Shown: positions 19,405 to 30,657, counted from the first letter of the stretch. The stretch: 59,459 nt of DNA from Cytophagales bacterium (GCA_038241205.1 JBBRFY010000001.1:1-59459); one strand, 5' to 3'. Numbers and translations are program-made. The notes: generated from the letters alone by a model not told the origin.

Positions 19405-22400
19405 TCACTTTTCTTCTTTTAGTGTTGCTAAGAAGCTTACTACATCTCTAATTTCTTTCTTCGTTAAAAGATACATCATGGGCGGCATACTTGATGCAAA
19501 ATTAGTCCTCTTAACTACATCCGATTTTTTAATCATCGTTTCAGGCTTATCACCAATCTTTAAAACAAAGGCATCTGACGTTTCTTCTTCAAGAATGCCA
19601 TTTACCTTTTCGCCATTCTTCAATTCTAAAGAAACATTTCCAAAGCCTGGTGCTATGCGCGCGCTCGGTTCTATAAGCGCTTCAAGAATTTGTTCACGCG
19701 TTATGCGACTGGCCACTCCGTTAAGTCGTGGGCCGGCCGATCCTCCATAATCATCGAATGAATGACAACGAATACATTGCGCTGACTGATGAGTCCAGAA
19801 AATTCTAGATCCTTTGTTAGGATCGCCTCCCATTAACGCACCAGCATAGGTAGCCTTCAACGAATCTTTTGAAGAATTACGACTCAATTTTTTGAATCGA
19901 TCAATCAGTGATTTTGATCGTGTACTATCAATAGCATCTGCAAGTTCTAACTGAACTTCTACGGGAAGTTTTTTTGCTTCCAAAGTATTCAACAATTGAT
20001 TAAATGTTTTCTCTGTGTATGGCAAAGGTAATGAACCCAACGTAGTAATGGCTGCTTGCTTCTCTTCAACCGTGCGCGTGTTAATCACATCTGCGAGCAG
20101 ACTGGCCATCAGTTCTTTCGGAATATCCATGGCGGTTAATAAATCGAGCGCTACAACGCGAACACTTTTTTCCTTGTCAGCCATAGCTACTTTAATGGCG
20201 ACATCAATCTGTTTGTCTTTTAATGCAGCTAGTGCAGTAAGCGCGTCAACACGAACCTCTGAAGAAGCATCCGTTCTTAATCGTGTTAATAATTGTGCGG
20301 AGGCTTTTTCAATCTTCAATTTCCCTAAAGCTTTTGCAGCATGAAGACGAACCATTGATTCTCTATTTGACAACAATTGAATCAATACATCAACTGATTT
20401 ATTTTGCACCGTTGAAAGGTCACGTGTAACCACTCCACGATATCGTCCGTCAACACGATCTAATACCGATGGCTTTGCCCATGTGCTCAATGCATCTATC
20501 GCTTCAGCGCGCATGGCTATTGGGTTCCCTTCATGTTGTGCATAGTTCAAAAGATTTTGCATCGCTTCATCTGAGCCTACACGTAAGTTTGCACTGATGG
20601 CTCGCCTCACAAATGCTTCGTTGGTAAAGTTGTAATTATTCAATGCTTCACCCAGCGCAGGCAAGGCATCTTCAATAGACAAATCATCATTGATTGCTCT
20701 TGCTGTTTCTGTTACAATAAATTCATCAGCATCCTTTAGAAAAACTTTTATGCCAGAGTGTTGCATTCGTCTCAACGCAACGACTGCAGCAATGCGCACT
20801 GCGCGTGATTGATTTGTTGATAATGCAACGATGGGTTCTGGTTTTCCAATTCGCGCCAATGCTAAACTCGCAGCGTGGCGAATGTATTCATCAACATCAT
20901 CATTACTTTTAATCAATTCAATAATCGGATTGATGGCTGGGGCATACGCAATTCTGCCCAAGGCTTCTGCAGCAAAGAAACGTGCACGGCTAAATTCATC
21001 TTTTAATAGCGGAATCAATTTATCCCCCGCTTCTGTATAGCGCACATCGCCAATCCATTTGGCAGCTTGCGCGCGAATTTCATCGTCACTATCAGACAAC
21101 AAAGGCAACAACAATTTTGCGTGCTTTAAATCTTTTCGTGCAAACTGACTTATACCCCAAATGGCATTCACTCTTGCCAATTGATTTTCTTTTTGCAAAC
21201 TATATTTTGTAAGAACATCCAATCCTTTATCACCACGCGTTACTAATTCGAACTGTGCTTTTTGTCGCACGCGCATGTCAGGATTTTTTAATTGCTCGCC
21301 AACTTTGTGATCATCAAAATCGGAAAAGTTCGCTTCTAGTAATTCTTTAGTGCGCTTGCGCTCTTCAACATCTGGATTTTCAACATCCAATTTCCAAATG
21401 CGACCATGATTTTTTATGTCCCATCCTTCAATCCAATCGGCTAAATACATTGCGCCATCAGGACCGAAATCGATACCCGTAGCTAACACTCCTCCAAGCA
21501 TTTTTTTCGATTCAACAAACTCGAATGAGGCTCCTTTTGGTTTTAATTTAAAAGAATGAATACCCGATTGCGTTGGGTTGCCAACAAACTCTGCGATAAA
21601 AAATGAATTTTTATACTCTTCACTTAATGCTGTGCCCGGATTATATAACATTCCCGTTGGGCCGTTAACAAAATTTTTAATTGTTGGTAAGATGTAAGCC
21701 GCTTGTCCTTCAAAACGCGGTATGTACATTTTCTCATCCATCCAAACCTTATAGGTATTGTTATCGGGGTCGCGATATTTTCCAAACTGCCAATTGGTTC
21801 GCCATCCAATGTCAGCGCCATTTACAACGTATACGATACGCTCACTTTCTCCCGGATGATCGCCATCATTATCTTCACTTATTAAATTTCCGTATTCATC
21901 AAACACAAACTCATGTGTGTTTCTATTTCCATAAGCAAATACTTCAAAGTCACTTCCATCCGGATTTGAGCGAACAATCACACCACTGTTCGGGTGCTCC
22001 CATTTTTGTCCATCAGGACCAACGCCATTAAATCCGATATCACCAATCTGCCAATACACTTTTCCTTCAGGGCCAACCTCAATTCCCGACATGCCATGCC
22101 CACCAAACCCAACGTGAACTCCATAGCCATGCGAAATGGATGTAATCTTTTCTGCGATGCCATCTTTGCTTTCCTGAATGCGCCACATATCAGGACCAAT
22201 ATCAACAAACAGATCGTTGCCATATTTTAATATACCGCCCATAGCATCCGTTACTTCATCATGAAAATCTTCAACTACTAATTGAGATTTATCGGCTACG
22301 CCATCGCCAGAAGTATCTTCCACTCTATATACATGTTCCTTTTGAACCGTTAGATCTTTCCAATCGTGTGAGCCATCGCCATTTAAATCAGCAAGCCACT

Positions 22401-22809
22401 CATTTTTCTTGCTGTTCTCAGGTGATAGTACGCGGTGAAGAAAAGCACGTTTTTCTTCGATGTTCTGAAGTTTAATGGATTCGATCTCCCAATCTTGATG
22501 TCCGCGAATATCAAACTCAGAATCCTTTTGACGATTGGTTCGTGTATAATAAATTCTTCCTTGGTCATCAATATCAATGGCAACCGGGTCGGCAACCAAA
22601 GAATCATTTCCCCATAATTTTAAGGTAAGTCCTTCTGCCAATTGAGGGGTTACGGTTGCTTCAATTGATTTTGCAATGGACGCTGCCGTTGCAGGATCCA
22701 TTTGCTTAATTCGTTTGTCTGTTAATTTTTTCTGTTCACAACCTATAAATAATATCGTTGTGAACATCCACGAAAGTGACAGGAAAATAATATTGCTTAA
22801 GCGTTTCAT
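19405..22809 (-). CDS. Large lipoprotein: beta-propeller (PVC-type dehydrogenase-like) + HEAT repeats + C-terminal cytochrome c
   Basis: Lipobox FIGC; GNRNTHEFVFDEYG and DFGPDGAMYLADW propeller motifs; HEAT repeats; CIRCH, GPRL and SSMPP. Confidence 0.88.
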   Translation of the reverse strand: MKRLSNIIFLSLSWMFTTILFIGCEQKKLTDKRIKQMDPATAASIAKSIEATVTPQLAEGLTLKLWGNDSLVADPVAIDIDDQGRIYYTRTNRQKDSEFDIRGHQDWEIESIKLQNIEEKRAFLHRVLSPENSKKNEWLADLNGDGSHDWKDLTVQKEHVYRVEDTSGDGVADKSQLVVEDFHDEVTDAMGGILKYGNDLFVDIGPDMWRIQESKDGIAEKITSISHGYGVHVGFGGHGMSGIEVGPEGKVYWQIGDIGFNGVGPDGQKWEHPNSGVIVRSNPDGSDFEVFAYGNRNTHEFVFDEYGNLISEDNDGDHPGESERIVYVVNGADIGWRTNWQFGKYRDPDNNTYKVWMDEKMYIPRFEGQAAYILPTIKNFVNGPTGMLYNPGTALSEEYKNSFFIAEFVGNPTQSGIHSFKLKPKGASFEFVESKKMLGGVLATGIDFGPDGAMYLADWIEGWDIKNHGRIWKLDVENPDVEERKRTKELLEANFSDFDDHKVGEQLKNPDMRVRQKAQFELVTRGDKGLDVLTKYSLQKENQLARVNAIWGISQFARKDLKHAKLLLPLLSDSDDEIRAQAAKWIGDVRYTEAGDKLIPLLKDEFSRARFFAAEALGRIAYAPAINPIIELIKSNDDVDEYIRHAASLALARIGKPEPIVALSTNQSRAVRIAAVVALRRMQHSGIKVFLKDADEFIVTETARAINDDLSIEDALPALGEALNNYNFTNEAFVRRAISANLRVGSDEAMQNLLNYAQHEGNPIAMRAEAIDALSTWAKPSVLDRVDGRYRGVVTRDLSTVQNKSVDVLIQLLSNRESMVRLHAAKALGKLKIEKASAQLLTRLRTDASSEVRVDALTALAALKDKQIDVAIKVAMADKEKSVRVVALDLLTAMDIPKELMASLLADVINTRTVEEKQAAITTLGSLPLPYTEKTFNQLLNTLEAKKLPVEVQLELADAIDSTRSKSLIDRFKKLSRNSSKDSLKATYAGALMGGDPNKGSRIFWTHQSAQCIRCHSFDDYGGSAGPRLNGVASRITREQILEALIEPSARIAPGFGNVSLELKNGEKVNGILEEETSDAFVLKIGDKPETMIKKSDVVKRTNFASSMPPMMYLLTKKEIRDVVSFLATLKEEK

Positions 22810-22968
22810 TCTATGGTATAATTAGGTTTTAAAGATAGTAAAAGTTAGAAGAGCGATCCTAGTGTTACGTTTTATGGCTGCATGTTTTAAGCGCCTTGAT
22901 CTGCAAAAAAGATTTTTATCAACTTGCGTTTGCAAATTTTTATACCTTTCGTCTTTACGTAAAAGATC

Positions 22969-23178
22969 ATGGAAGTAAAAGATAGCAACGGCAATATTCT
23001 GGACGATGGCGATACCATTACCTTAATTAAAGATTTGAAAGTAAAAGGATCATCGCTCAATTTGAAACGGGGTACTGTTGTTAAGAAAATAAAACTAACA
23101 GATGATGCAAGTGAAGTGGATTGCCGCATTAACGGATCAAGCATTGTACTTCGAACAGAATTTTTGAAGAAGAGTTAA
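22969..23178 (+). CDS. PhnA/YjdM C-terminal-domain-only protein
   Basis: KDSNGNILDDGDTITLIKDLKVKGSS..LKRGT; TEFLKK; no zinc ribbon. Confidence 0.85.
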   Translation: MEVKDSNGNILDDGDTITLIKDLKVKGSSLNLKRGTVVKKIKLTDDASEVDCRINGSSIVLRTEFLKKS

Positions 23179-23426
23179 TGGATTTTGAAATGACGTGAGA
23201 TGCTTGATTTTGTGACTATAGATATTCGATTTTAGTAGTTTACAAAATCGCCAATCACTCATCACCAGTCAATAGTCGTAAATTTTATTAATCTTTTTGA
23301 CATTGCTCTTACTATTTTAATAGCGATACTCCTATTGTATTTGGGTGAACCGTTTCGCTTGATTTGGAAAAGGTAATTTTTACAAACCGTATTTCTTTTC
23401 ACGTCTAAATCGAGAGCAAAAAATCG

Positions 23427-23813
23427 TTATTCATAAAACTCGCGCAGTGAACCAAAGTAGGTTGTGTTCCATCCGTCAACAATATCATCGTAGTCTTCAT
23501 CCGGAATGTTACTATGTTTTAATTCCACGGAAGTGCCTTGTGCATCTGCATGAAGTTTAATGGTGACTATTGATTTTTTGTCCTCCTCAACTTCATCACC
23601 AAAATACCATTCCTGAATAATTTTTTTACTCGTTTCAAACTCCAGATTTTTTCCAACGATACTTCCATCCCACAACGAAAATTCCGTTCCGGCTTCTGCC
23701 GACATTTCAGCATGATCGCCCGACCACAACTGAATGGTTGCGGAAAGAGTAAGTGCTAGATATACCTCTTCTGGCGGTGCAGAGATGATATAGTATTTCT
23801 TAAAATCCTTCAT
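23427..23813 (-). CDS. SRPBCC/AHSA1-like protein
   Basis: APPEEVYLALT, FSLWDGSIVG, GWNTTYF; TACCTTTG -7 element just upstream. Confidence 0.85.
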   Translation of the reverse strand: MKDFKKYYIISAPPEEVYLALTLSATIQLWSGDHAEMSAEAGTEFSLWDGSIVGKNLEFETSKKIIQEWYFGDEVEEDKKSIVTIKLHADAQGTSVELKHSNIPDEDYDDIVDGWNTTYFGSLREFYE

Positions 23814-24044
23814 ATTTAAATAATAAAGTCAAAGGTAATTGTTAAACCAAACAGCAGGTTCATTATTGCTGATAAGTTTTAATGAAGTATTCATTCTCTT
23901 TGCCGATTCTAATACTTTAAATCGCAATATTTCACTTTCGATGCCTTCCTTTAAAAGAATAATGCTACCTTCAAAATCAGATTTCCTCCCTACACTGTAG
24001 GTTCTTAATCTTCAAAAAAGTCGTTTACATAATACACGATCATT

Positions 24045-24368
24045 ATGAAGGCTCGATTTACTTGGATTGTCTTTGCATTGTTTATCTGTTCGGCTTGCCA
24101 GCTCGGCAAAATTCCGTGCCCACGAGTGAAAGAAGCAAAACTTCGCACGCATTATCGATCAACTTCTTACACCGCCAGAGCGAATGAGGAAACTCCAACT
24201 GCAGAGCAAACACAGCTATTCAAGGACTCTCGATCGACCGTTCAGAATGTATCGTTAGCAGAGTGGGATTGTCCACACCCAGGCAAAAAGCGATATCTAC
24301 CCAAAGCGGTTAAAGAAAATATTCGCAAGAATATGGACAAGATAAAATCGGATTCTAAAAAAGATTGA
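24045..24368 (+). CDS. Hypothetical lipoprotein
   Basis: Lipobox CSAC; KIPCP and WDCP motifs. Confidence 0.6.
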   Translation: MKARFTWIVFALFICSACQLGKIPCPRVKEAKLRTHYRSTSYTARANEETPTAEQTQLFKDSRSTVQNVSLAEWDCPHPGKKRYLPKAVKENIRKNMDKIKSDSKKD

Positions 24369-24457
24369 GTTAAAAGTTACACGCGAGTTTTAGTTAACCC
24401 TTTTTATTTATTTTTGCCAAAACCTCAAATTATTTTGCACAACTCTTTACATCCACC

Positions 24458-24877
24458 ATGGACTATGAATCAACGCTAACATCTCTTTATCACCTATTGG
24501 TGTTAGCTGATAGCAAAATAAATGAGAAGGAATTATCTTTTGGCAAAGAGATGCTTAAGATAGAAGGTATTGTTGAAGCTACCTTTAATGCTGAGATGGA
24601 GAAGCTGAAAACAAAAAATAATAAGGTATTGCTTACCGATTGTATTGCTGGCTTAAAAAAGTTGGACAAGAAAAAACAAATTCGCTGCCTCGCGTGGTTA
24701 AGTATTATTGCAAACTCAGATGGCTTTATGGACAAAGAAGAATGGCAATTGATCTATAGAATTTATCATACTGAATTGAGCTTGCCGTTGGATGAAATTA
24801 TGAAGACACAAAAAGAACTCAATATGCTTATCCACGGAAAGTCGTTTCAGTCTGTTGGGGTGAGGGTAAATAACTAG
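24458..24877 (+). CDS. TerB-like protein
   Basis: ADSKINEKE and IANSDGFMDKEE motifs. Confidence 0.75.
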   Translation: MDYESTLTSLYHLLVLADSKINEKELSFGKEMLKIEGIVEATFNAEMEKLKTKNNKVLLTDCIAGLKKLDKKKQIRCLAWLSIIANSDGFMDKEEWQLIYRIYHTELSLPLDEIMKTQKELNMLIHGKSFQSVGVRVNN

Positions 24878-25061
24878 GGTGTGTATCATTCTCAATTGTG
24901 TTACTCTATAAATGAGACTCTTCAGTCAACAATCTGGGAACAAATACAAGTTTTTTGAAAACAGATCTTATCTCGGCAAGAATCTAAAATGAGCCAGTAA
25001 CCGCAGGCATCAATCCAGATAACAGCAAAGATTTTAAAAGCACAAGTCCTCAGCTAAAAAA

Positions 25062-26168
25062 TCAAACAAACCGCTTCTCTACCATTTCCATAAATTCATG
25101 AAACTCTTCGCTGTCGCGATCCCATGAGGAGGCGTGTTCATCATCAATGTAGCGAAGGGCTGCTTTCATATTGTCCTGACGATCTAAGTGGTCGATGGCT
25201 TTGCTAAACAATTCAAAGTCGCCATGAAACAATACCTTAGTGAACATAAATTTTTGATTGATTGTAAGACTGTCTTTTATCTTAGCAATCTTTTGAAATT
25301 TATCAACAATGCTTGGTCGCGGTTCGCGGCTTAGTGTGTCGTTAATGGTTGGCGTTAATGCCTTTGCAGGTTGTGCTACTGCCTGTGCTGTTTTTGCAAC
25401 AACAGGATTAGGAACAACGACATGCTCTACCACTTTTACTTTTATTTCAGGAGCCTTCACTTCTCTTACCTCCTTTATTTCAGAAACAGGTATTGGTGTT
25501 GGTGTCGGTTCAGGAATTATTTCTTTTTCAATTTCTTTTGAAACATAAAAACGATTGGGTTCAAGTGGCGCAACAGCAGAAAACTTTTCGATGTACTCTT
25601 CAACATCTTCTGGATTGAAATTTACCTCTTCCAATATTTGATCTAAAATAGCAAAGGCTTCATTGCCCGAAATTTCTTTTAGTCCTTTCTCTTCGAGCTT
25701 TTCCAACATCCGCTCCAGCGGTGCTCTGTTTACCTTTAAGTATTTTAGCTCTTCCCGAAAAGGCGCAACGTTAAGCGTGTTATTTTTTCCGGTTACGATC
25801 AGGGAAAAGAAATCATACGGATCGAAGATGACGAGCAAAGTTTGGCTTACTGCCTTCTTTAACAAAGGAGCAAAATGGAGTTGATCAATAGAAATGTTAT
25901 TGGAGAGTGCGCCCATAAAATTTTCCAGCGCTTCTTTTACATCAGCCTGTTCAAAATCAAAGTATGGACTTTTAAATTTCTTGGTGTCTTCTTTCCAGGT
26001 CTTAAACAACTCACGAATAATAAAGAGATTCGCCTGCTGCACGTTGCAAAGTGATAAAATCTCTTTACCCGTAATCTTATCTTTCGAAACAAAAAAGTTT
26101 TTCAATACCTTGTCGGCATACGCATCAGCATAGAGGGCAATTGCTTCGAGACTAATCTTTTCGTCCAT
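25062..26168 (-). CDS. Conserved hypothetical protein with Pro-rich linker
   Basis: 368-aa ORF; C-terminal helical domain IKDSLTINQKFMFTKVLFHGD...VEKRF. Confidence 0.75.
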   Translation of the reverse strand: MDEKISLEAIALYADAYADKVLKNFFVSKDKITGKEILSLCNVQQANLFIIRELFKTWKEDTKKFKSPYFDFEQADVKEALENFMGALSNNISIDQLHFAPLLKKAVSQTLLVIFDPYDFFSLIVTGKNNTLNVAPFREELKYLKVNRAPLERMLEKLEEKGLKEISGNEAFAILDQILEEVNFNPEDVEEYIEKFSAVAPLEPNRFYVSKEIEKEIIPEPTPTPIPVSEIKEVREVKAPEIKVKVVEHVVVPNPVVAKTAQAVAQPAKALTPTINDTLSREPRPSIVDKFQKIAKIKDSLTINQKFMFTKVLFHGDFELFSKAIDHLDRQDNMKAALRYIDDEHASSWDRDSEEFHEFMEMVEKRFV

Positions 26169-26262
26169 GGGATAAAATAAAATTAAGATGTTATTGTTCG
26201 CCTAAAGTTACTGTATATTCATCAATGCGCACAGTGTATGGCAAAAGGTAAACAGACAAAAC

Positions 26263-26583
26263 ATGGCAAAAATTAGTATTCAAAATCTATACAACAAAGA
26301 AATTGAAATTCGTGATTTTTCGAAATCTGCACTTGTTCATTTCGGCCTTCACCAACTCGATTGGATGCATACGTGCGGAGGCAAAGGCCGCTGTACTACG
26401 TGTAGGTTTAAGATCATTGATGGCGCGGACCATTTCGCGCCATTAACACCCGCGGAAGAACAGTATCGGAAACAAAACCTTCTTCAAGAGAATGAACGTC
26501 TAGCATGCCAAGCCATTGTGTTGGGCGATGTTGTTATTTTCGTTCCTGAAGATTGCAAATTGAAACATCTTCACTATTCATAA
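26263..26583 (+). CDS. 2Fe-2S ferredoxin
   Basis: CGGKGRCTTC ... RLACQ. Confidence 0.92.
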   Translation: MAKISIQNLYNKEIEIRDFSKSALVHFGLHQLDWMHTCGGKGRCTTCRFKIIDGADHFAPLTPAEEQYRKQNLLQENERLACQAIVLGDVVIFVPEDCKLKHLHYS

Positions 26584-26667
26584 CCTGTTGCTAATTTGTA
26601 GTCCGCATCTGCAGATACTTTAGATTAAAACTAATGTGCATTGAATAAAGTCTCTTAATTTTAGCCC

Positions 26668-27264
26668 ATGTTTATTGAACCACATCTCGGGGGCAAACCT
26701 TCATCCGACAGGGCAGGCTGGATTGAAGTGATTAGTGGCTGCATGTTTTCTGGAAAGACGGAAGAACTAATTCGAAGACTAAATCGCGCAATCATTGCCA
26801 AACAAAAGGTAGAAATATTTAAACCGGCCATTGATAAACGGTACCATAAAGAATATGTGGTTTCGCATAATGAAAGTTCCATTCGCTCTACGCCTGTAAA
26901 TTTTGCAAATGACATTTTGTTATTGGCAGGCAATTGTGATGTAGTGGGTATTGATGAAGCTCAGTTTTTTGATCAGACTATTGTAGAGATTTGCAATACA
27001 TTAGCCAATCAAGGTAAGCGCGTAATTGTCGCAGGTCTCGATATGGATTTTGAAGGCAAACCGTTTGGACCGATGCCCAACCTTTTAGCCGTTGCAGAAT
27101 TTGTTACAAAAGTTCATGCCATCTGCGCACAAAGCGGTGAACTTGCTTCGTTCTCTTTCCGGTTGAGCGAGCACGAACAACAAGTTATGCTGGGCGAAAA
27201 AAATGAATACGAAGCGCGCAGTCGAAAAGCGTTTCAAAATGGCATGAAGAATCGTGAAAAATAA
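26668..27264 (+). CDS. tdk: Thymidine kinase
   Basis: GCMFSGKTEEL, IDEAQFF, AGLDMDF. Confidence 0.96.
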   Translation: MFIEPHLGGKPSSDRAGWIEVISGCMFSGKTEELIRRLNRAIIAKQKVEIFKPAIDKRYHKEYVVSHNESSIRSTPVNFANDILLLAGNCDVVGIDEAQFFDQTIVEICNTLANQGKRVIVAGLDMDFEGKPFGPMPNLLAVAEFVTKVHAICAQSGELASFSFRLSEHEQQVMLGEKNEYEARSRKAFQNGMKNREK

Positions 27265-27276
27265 TATTAATGGTCA

Positions 27277-29571
27277 ATGATCGATTATTCAATGTGCAAA
27301 GCGTTTCCTTATAAAATGATGAGTTTAATAAACTATTATGTGCGTTATTTATTTTATGGGATTGCTATTTCGGCAACTTTCTTTGGTGTTGCTTCTGCGC
27401 AAGAAAATATTCAGATTGATATGTGGCGCGCGCATATTTCATTTCAATCTATTCACAGCGTTGCCATAACAGACAAAAACATTTATGGTGCTGCCGAAAA
27501 TGGTGTGATGGTTTTTAATCTGGATGATAAAAGTTTAACAGGATATTCAAAACTCTCGGGACTCAGTTCAAGCGGGATTACCTATATCAGTGTCGATCCT
27601 ATTACAAAAAAAGAATTGATTGCGTACGAAGACGGCAATCTTGATATTCTTCAGGGAAATATCATTAGCAATTTTGATCGTCTTAAAAATTCAGAAACCA
27701 TTAGTGGTTCAAAACGAATTAATCACATTTCGTTTCAAACTTCGTATGCCTACCTATCAACCGATTACGGTGTTGTTGTTTTTGATATCAACAAACAGGA
27801 AGTAAAAGAGACGTGGCGTGATTTGGGTAGTTCGGGCGGAACAATCAAAATTTTTCAAAGCACATTTTTAAACGACAGTATTTTTCTGGCAACAGAAGCT
27901 GGTGTGTTGGCCGGAAAACTAAATGATAATTTATTGGACTTTAATAAATGGAATCGGTTTACTACAGGTGTATTCAGTGGAAGCGTTCAATCGGTTGCCG
28001 CAAATCAATCGAAAGTATATGCTGCAATTAATTCTTCAGGCGTCTATCATTTTACAGGAGTTGATTGGGTTCAGGAAACATTTCTGCAAGGAATTTCTTT
28101 TCGCTCTCTTACTGCATCTGCTAATGATTTACTGATTGCGACAACAAATGAACTTTGGGAATTATCAAATTCAAATACGCTTACGCAAATATTATCCACT
28201 TCTATTTCATCGCCCTACATGGCATTGAAAGATGGAGGCGGAAAGCTTTGGATTGCCGATGATGAGCATGGATTAGTTTCTAACAGCTCCGGAAACTTTT
28301 TAAGTTATTCACCAAACGGACCATTCAATACCGAGACATCGCGATTAAAATATCATGCCGGAACCATGTTTGGCGTTGGCGATGGATACTCATCTACCTA
28401 TGTGGCTCTAAATAAAAATGCCGTTTACGATTTATTTAATGCAGGTGTTTGGAGTGCGCAATCTTCCTCGATGAAAGATTTAACAGATATCGATTTTTCA
28501 ATTAACGATGAATTTACCTATACCGCATCGTTTGGGTTTGGTGTTGAATCACGAAACAGTACCGGAGAGGTTGTTCGATTTGATGAAAGTAATAGTCCGT
28601 TGATAAACTTAAATCCTCCGGGCAGATTTGTAAACATTACAGCAATCGAATCTTCACCAAAAGGATTGTGGGTTGCAAACTATGGCGCAACCAAACCACT
28701 TCATCTTTTAAAAGCAGATAATACGTGGGAGTCATTTTCATTTTCGCCCAATGCATCACGCTACCCGACTGGGTTGGCCATAGATGTTTACGATCAGGTG
28801 TGGATGCTTGCCAATCCAAATCAGGGTGGAGGTATTGTTGTTTTTAATAAAGAAGAAAATACATCAGCCTACCTTACAGACATCGTTGGTTCAGGAGGAT
28901 TGCCGAGCAAGAATGTTCGTTCTATAGCAATGGATCGCGATGGTTATGTATGGGTTGGCACCGATATAGGGGTTGCCTATTTTGTAGAGCTCTCGCGTTT
29001 ATTTACTTCTGGCGTTAATGCTGTCAAACCTATTTTTGAAAATCGTTTCTTATTAAAAGATGATAAGGTAACGGCCATTGCTGTTGATGGCGGAAACAGA
29101 AAATGGATGGGCACGGAAAGAGGAGTTTGGCTTTTCAATTCTACAGGCGAAATTCTCATTCACAATTTCACAGCAGAAAATAGTCCGCTACTCTCTAACG
29201 TAATTCGTGCAATCGAAATTGATGATATAAGCGGAGAGGTTTTTATCTCGACTGACAAAGGTGTGATTTCATATCGATCAGATGCCAGTGTTGGAACAGA
29301 TCGTTTTCAATCAGTGAAAATATTTCCAAATCCGGTAACACCAGAATTTGTTGGCACGGTTGGCATTAGTGGATTGGCCAACGATGCTGTTGTAAAAATT
29401 ACAGACATCAGCGGAAAATTAATCTGGCAAACAAAAGCAAATGGCGGAACGGCAACGTGGAATGTGCGCGATTACAACGGCAACCATGCAGCTACAGGAA
29501 TGTATATTGTTTTTAGTGCAACAGAAGATGGAGCAGAAAGTGCCGTTGGAAAGATTGCTGTGATTGAATAA
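27277..29571 (+). CDS. porZ: PorZ-like type IX secretion accessory protein (beta-propellers + CTD); true start probably slightly downstream
   Basis: WRAHISF N-terminus, AVDGGNRKWMGT, FTAENSPLLSN, KIFPNPV CTD; tdk-porZ-recO order. Confidence 0.82.
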   Translation: MIDYSMCKAFPYKMMSLINYYVRYLFYGIAISATFFGVASAQENIQIDMWRAHISFQSIHSVAITDKNIYGAAENGVMVFNLDDKSLTGYSKLSGLSSSGITYISVDPITKKELIAYEDGNLDILQGNIISNFDRLKNSETISGSKRINHISFQTSYAYLSTDYGVVVFDINKQEVKETWRDLGSSGGTIKIFQSTFLNDSIFLATEAGVLAGKLNDNLLDFNKWNRFTTGVFSGSVQSVAANQSKVYAAINSSGVYHFTGVDWVQETFLQGISFRSLTASANDLLIATTNELWELSNSNTLTQILSTSISSPYMALKDGGGKLWIADDEHGLVSNSSGNFLSYSPNGPFNTETSRLKYHAGTMFGVGDGYSSTYVALNKNAVYDLFNAGVWSAQSSSMKDLTDIDFSINDEFTYTASFGFGVESRNSTGEVVRFDESNSPLINLNPPGRFVNITAIESSPKGLWVANYGATKPLHLLKADNTWESFSFSPNASRYPTGLAIDVYDQVWMLANPNQGGGIVVFNKEENTSAYLTDIVGSGGLPSKNVRSIAMDRDGYVWVGTDIGVAYFVELSRLFTSGVNAVKPIFENRFLLKDDKVTAIAVDGGNRKWMGTERGVWLFNSTGEILIHNFTAENSPLLSNVIRAIEIDDISGEVFISTDKGVISYRSDASVGTDRFQSVKIFPNPVTPEFVGTVGISGLANDAVVKITDISGKLIWQTKANGGTATWNVRDYNGNHAATGMYIVFSATEDGAESAVGKIAVIE

Positions 29572-29610
29572 CATGGTACAAAAAGAATGGAACGTTCGCA
29601 TTCTGTATTA

Positions 29611-29655
29611 ATCAGCGCCATCAGCGTGTATTCAATCAGCGTCATCTGCAGAAAA
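29611..29655. repeat. Solo half-copy of the ATC(A/T)GCG repeat family
   Basis: ATCAGCGCCATCAGCGTGTATTCAATCAGCGTCATCTGCAGAAA resembles the right arm of the 128-540 units. Confidence 0.5.
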
Positions 29656-29781
29656 TGTTTTTATTTTTCCTTCCGCTGATTTCATAAATTAAAAGCACGA
29701 AGATTTAATAGTGAAAGATTCGCCACGATCGGGAAATGTATTAATTGAAGAAACCGAAAAAAGTAATATTCTATTCTTATT

Positions 29782-30462
29782 TTGCCAACCATCTTGCTAC
29801 ATAAAACACGCGGTATCGTTTTCAGGTTTACAAAATATGGAGAGACTTCCATTATTGTAAACATCTTCACCGAACTCTTCGGGTTGCAAGCCTATATCGT
29901 AAATGGTATTCGAACCAAATCAACTAAAAGTAAAATTGCGTTGTATCAACCCCTTACCTTACTCGATATGGTGGTCTATTATCGTGAGCATGCAAACATC
30001 AATCGCATAAAAGAAATAAAATGCTTTTATCCGTATCAAACACTCTATCAGGATGTAAAAAAATCAACAGTCGCCATGTTCATTAATGAAATTATGAACA
30101 AGACTGTAAAGGAAGAAAGTCATGCACAAGAGCTAAGTGATTTTATGGTAGAATCATTAATCGCACTGGATAGCAATTCAACTGGCATAGAAAATTTTCA
30201 CTTAATTTTTATGCTGCAACTGAGTCGGTTTCTTGGCTTTGGTGCTCACAATGTAAATGAAGTGGTAGGTGGAAGATCGGCTGACCGTGAAACTGAAACG
30301 ATAATCGCTCAATTACTATCCTGTGAGTATTCGGCAACCGTTCCGATGTCAAATATAGTGCGAAGAAAAGTACTTGACCTATTGTTGAGTTTCTATGCCG
30401 ATCATGTTGATAACCTAGGTGAAGTAAAGTCGGTGCAGGTGTTGCGTGACGTGCTGGGTTAG
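29782..30462 (+). CDS. recO: DNA repair protein RecO (TTG start at 29782 or 29794)
   Basis: KTRGIVFRFTKYGETSII..FTELFG, ALYQPL, NFHLIFMLQLSRFLGF, VKSVQVL. Confidence 0.92.
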   Translation: MPTILLHKTRGIVFRFTKYGETSIIVNIFTELFGLQAYIVNGIRTKSTKSKIALYQPLTLLDMVVYYREHANINRIKEIKCFYPYQTLYQDVKKSTVAMFINEIMNKTVKEESHAQELSDFMVESLIALDSNSTGIENFHLIFMLQLSRFLGFGAHNVNEVVGGRSADRETETIIAQLLSCEYSATVPMSNIVRRKVLDLLLSFYADHVDNLGEVKSVQVLRDVLG

Positions 30463-30657
30463 GAAATAATTCTAACGGGTTTTAAGAACTCCTTCAGCAA
30501 CGAATTTTTTTACATCAGGCTACCTCAGTTCTACCTTTGTTGTATCACAACTGTACACCCTACGTGATTATGTTATGGCATAAAATATCGTGTTGATAGT
30601 GGGATCGGGGTAGCCATTATTGTCTGCTTTTACTCGAGTCTTTTTGGGATGGGTTAA

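Noticed and set aside
24458-24877. Tellurite-resistance operon
   Set aside because: A single TerB-like gene with no other ter genes.
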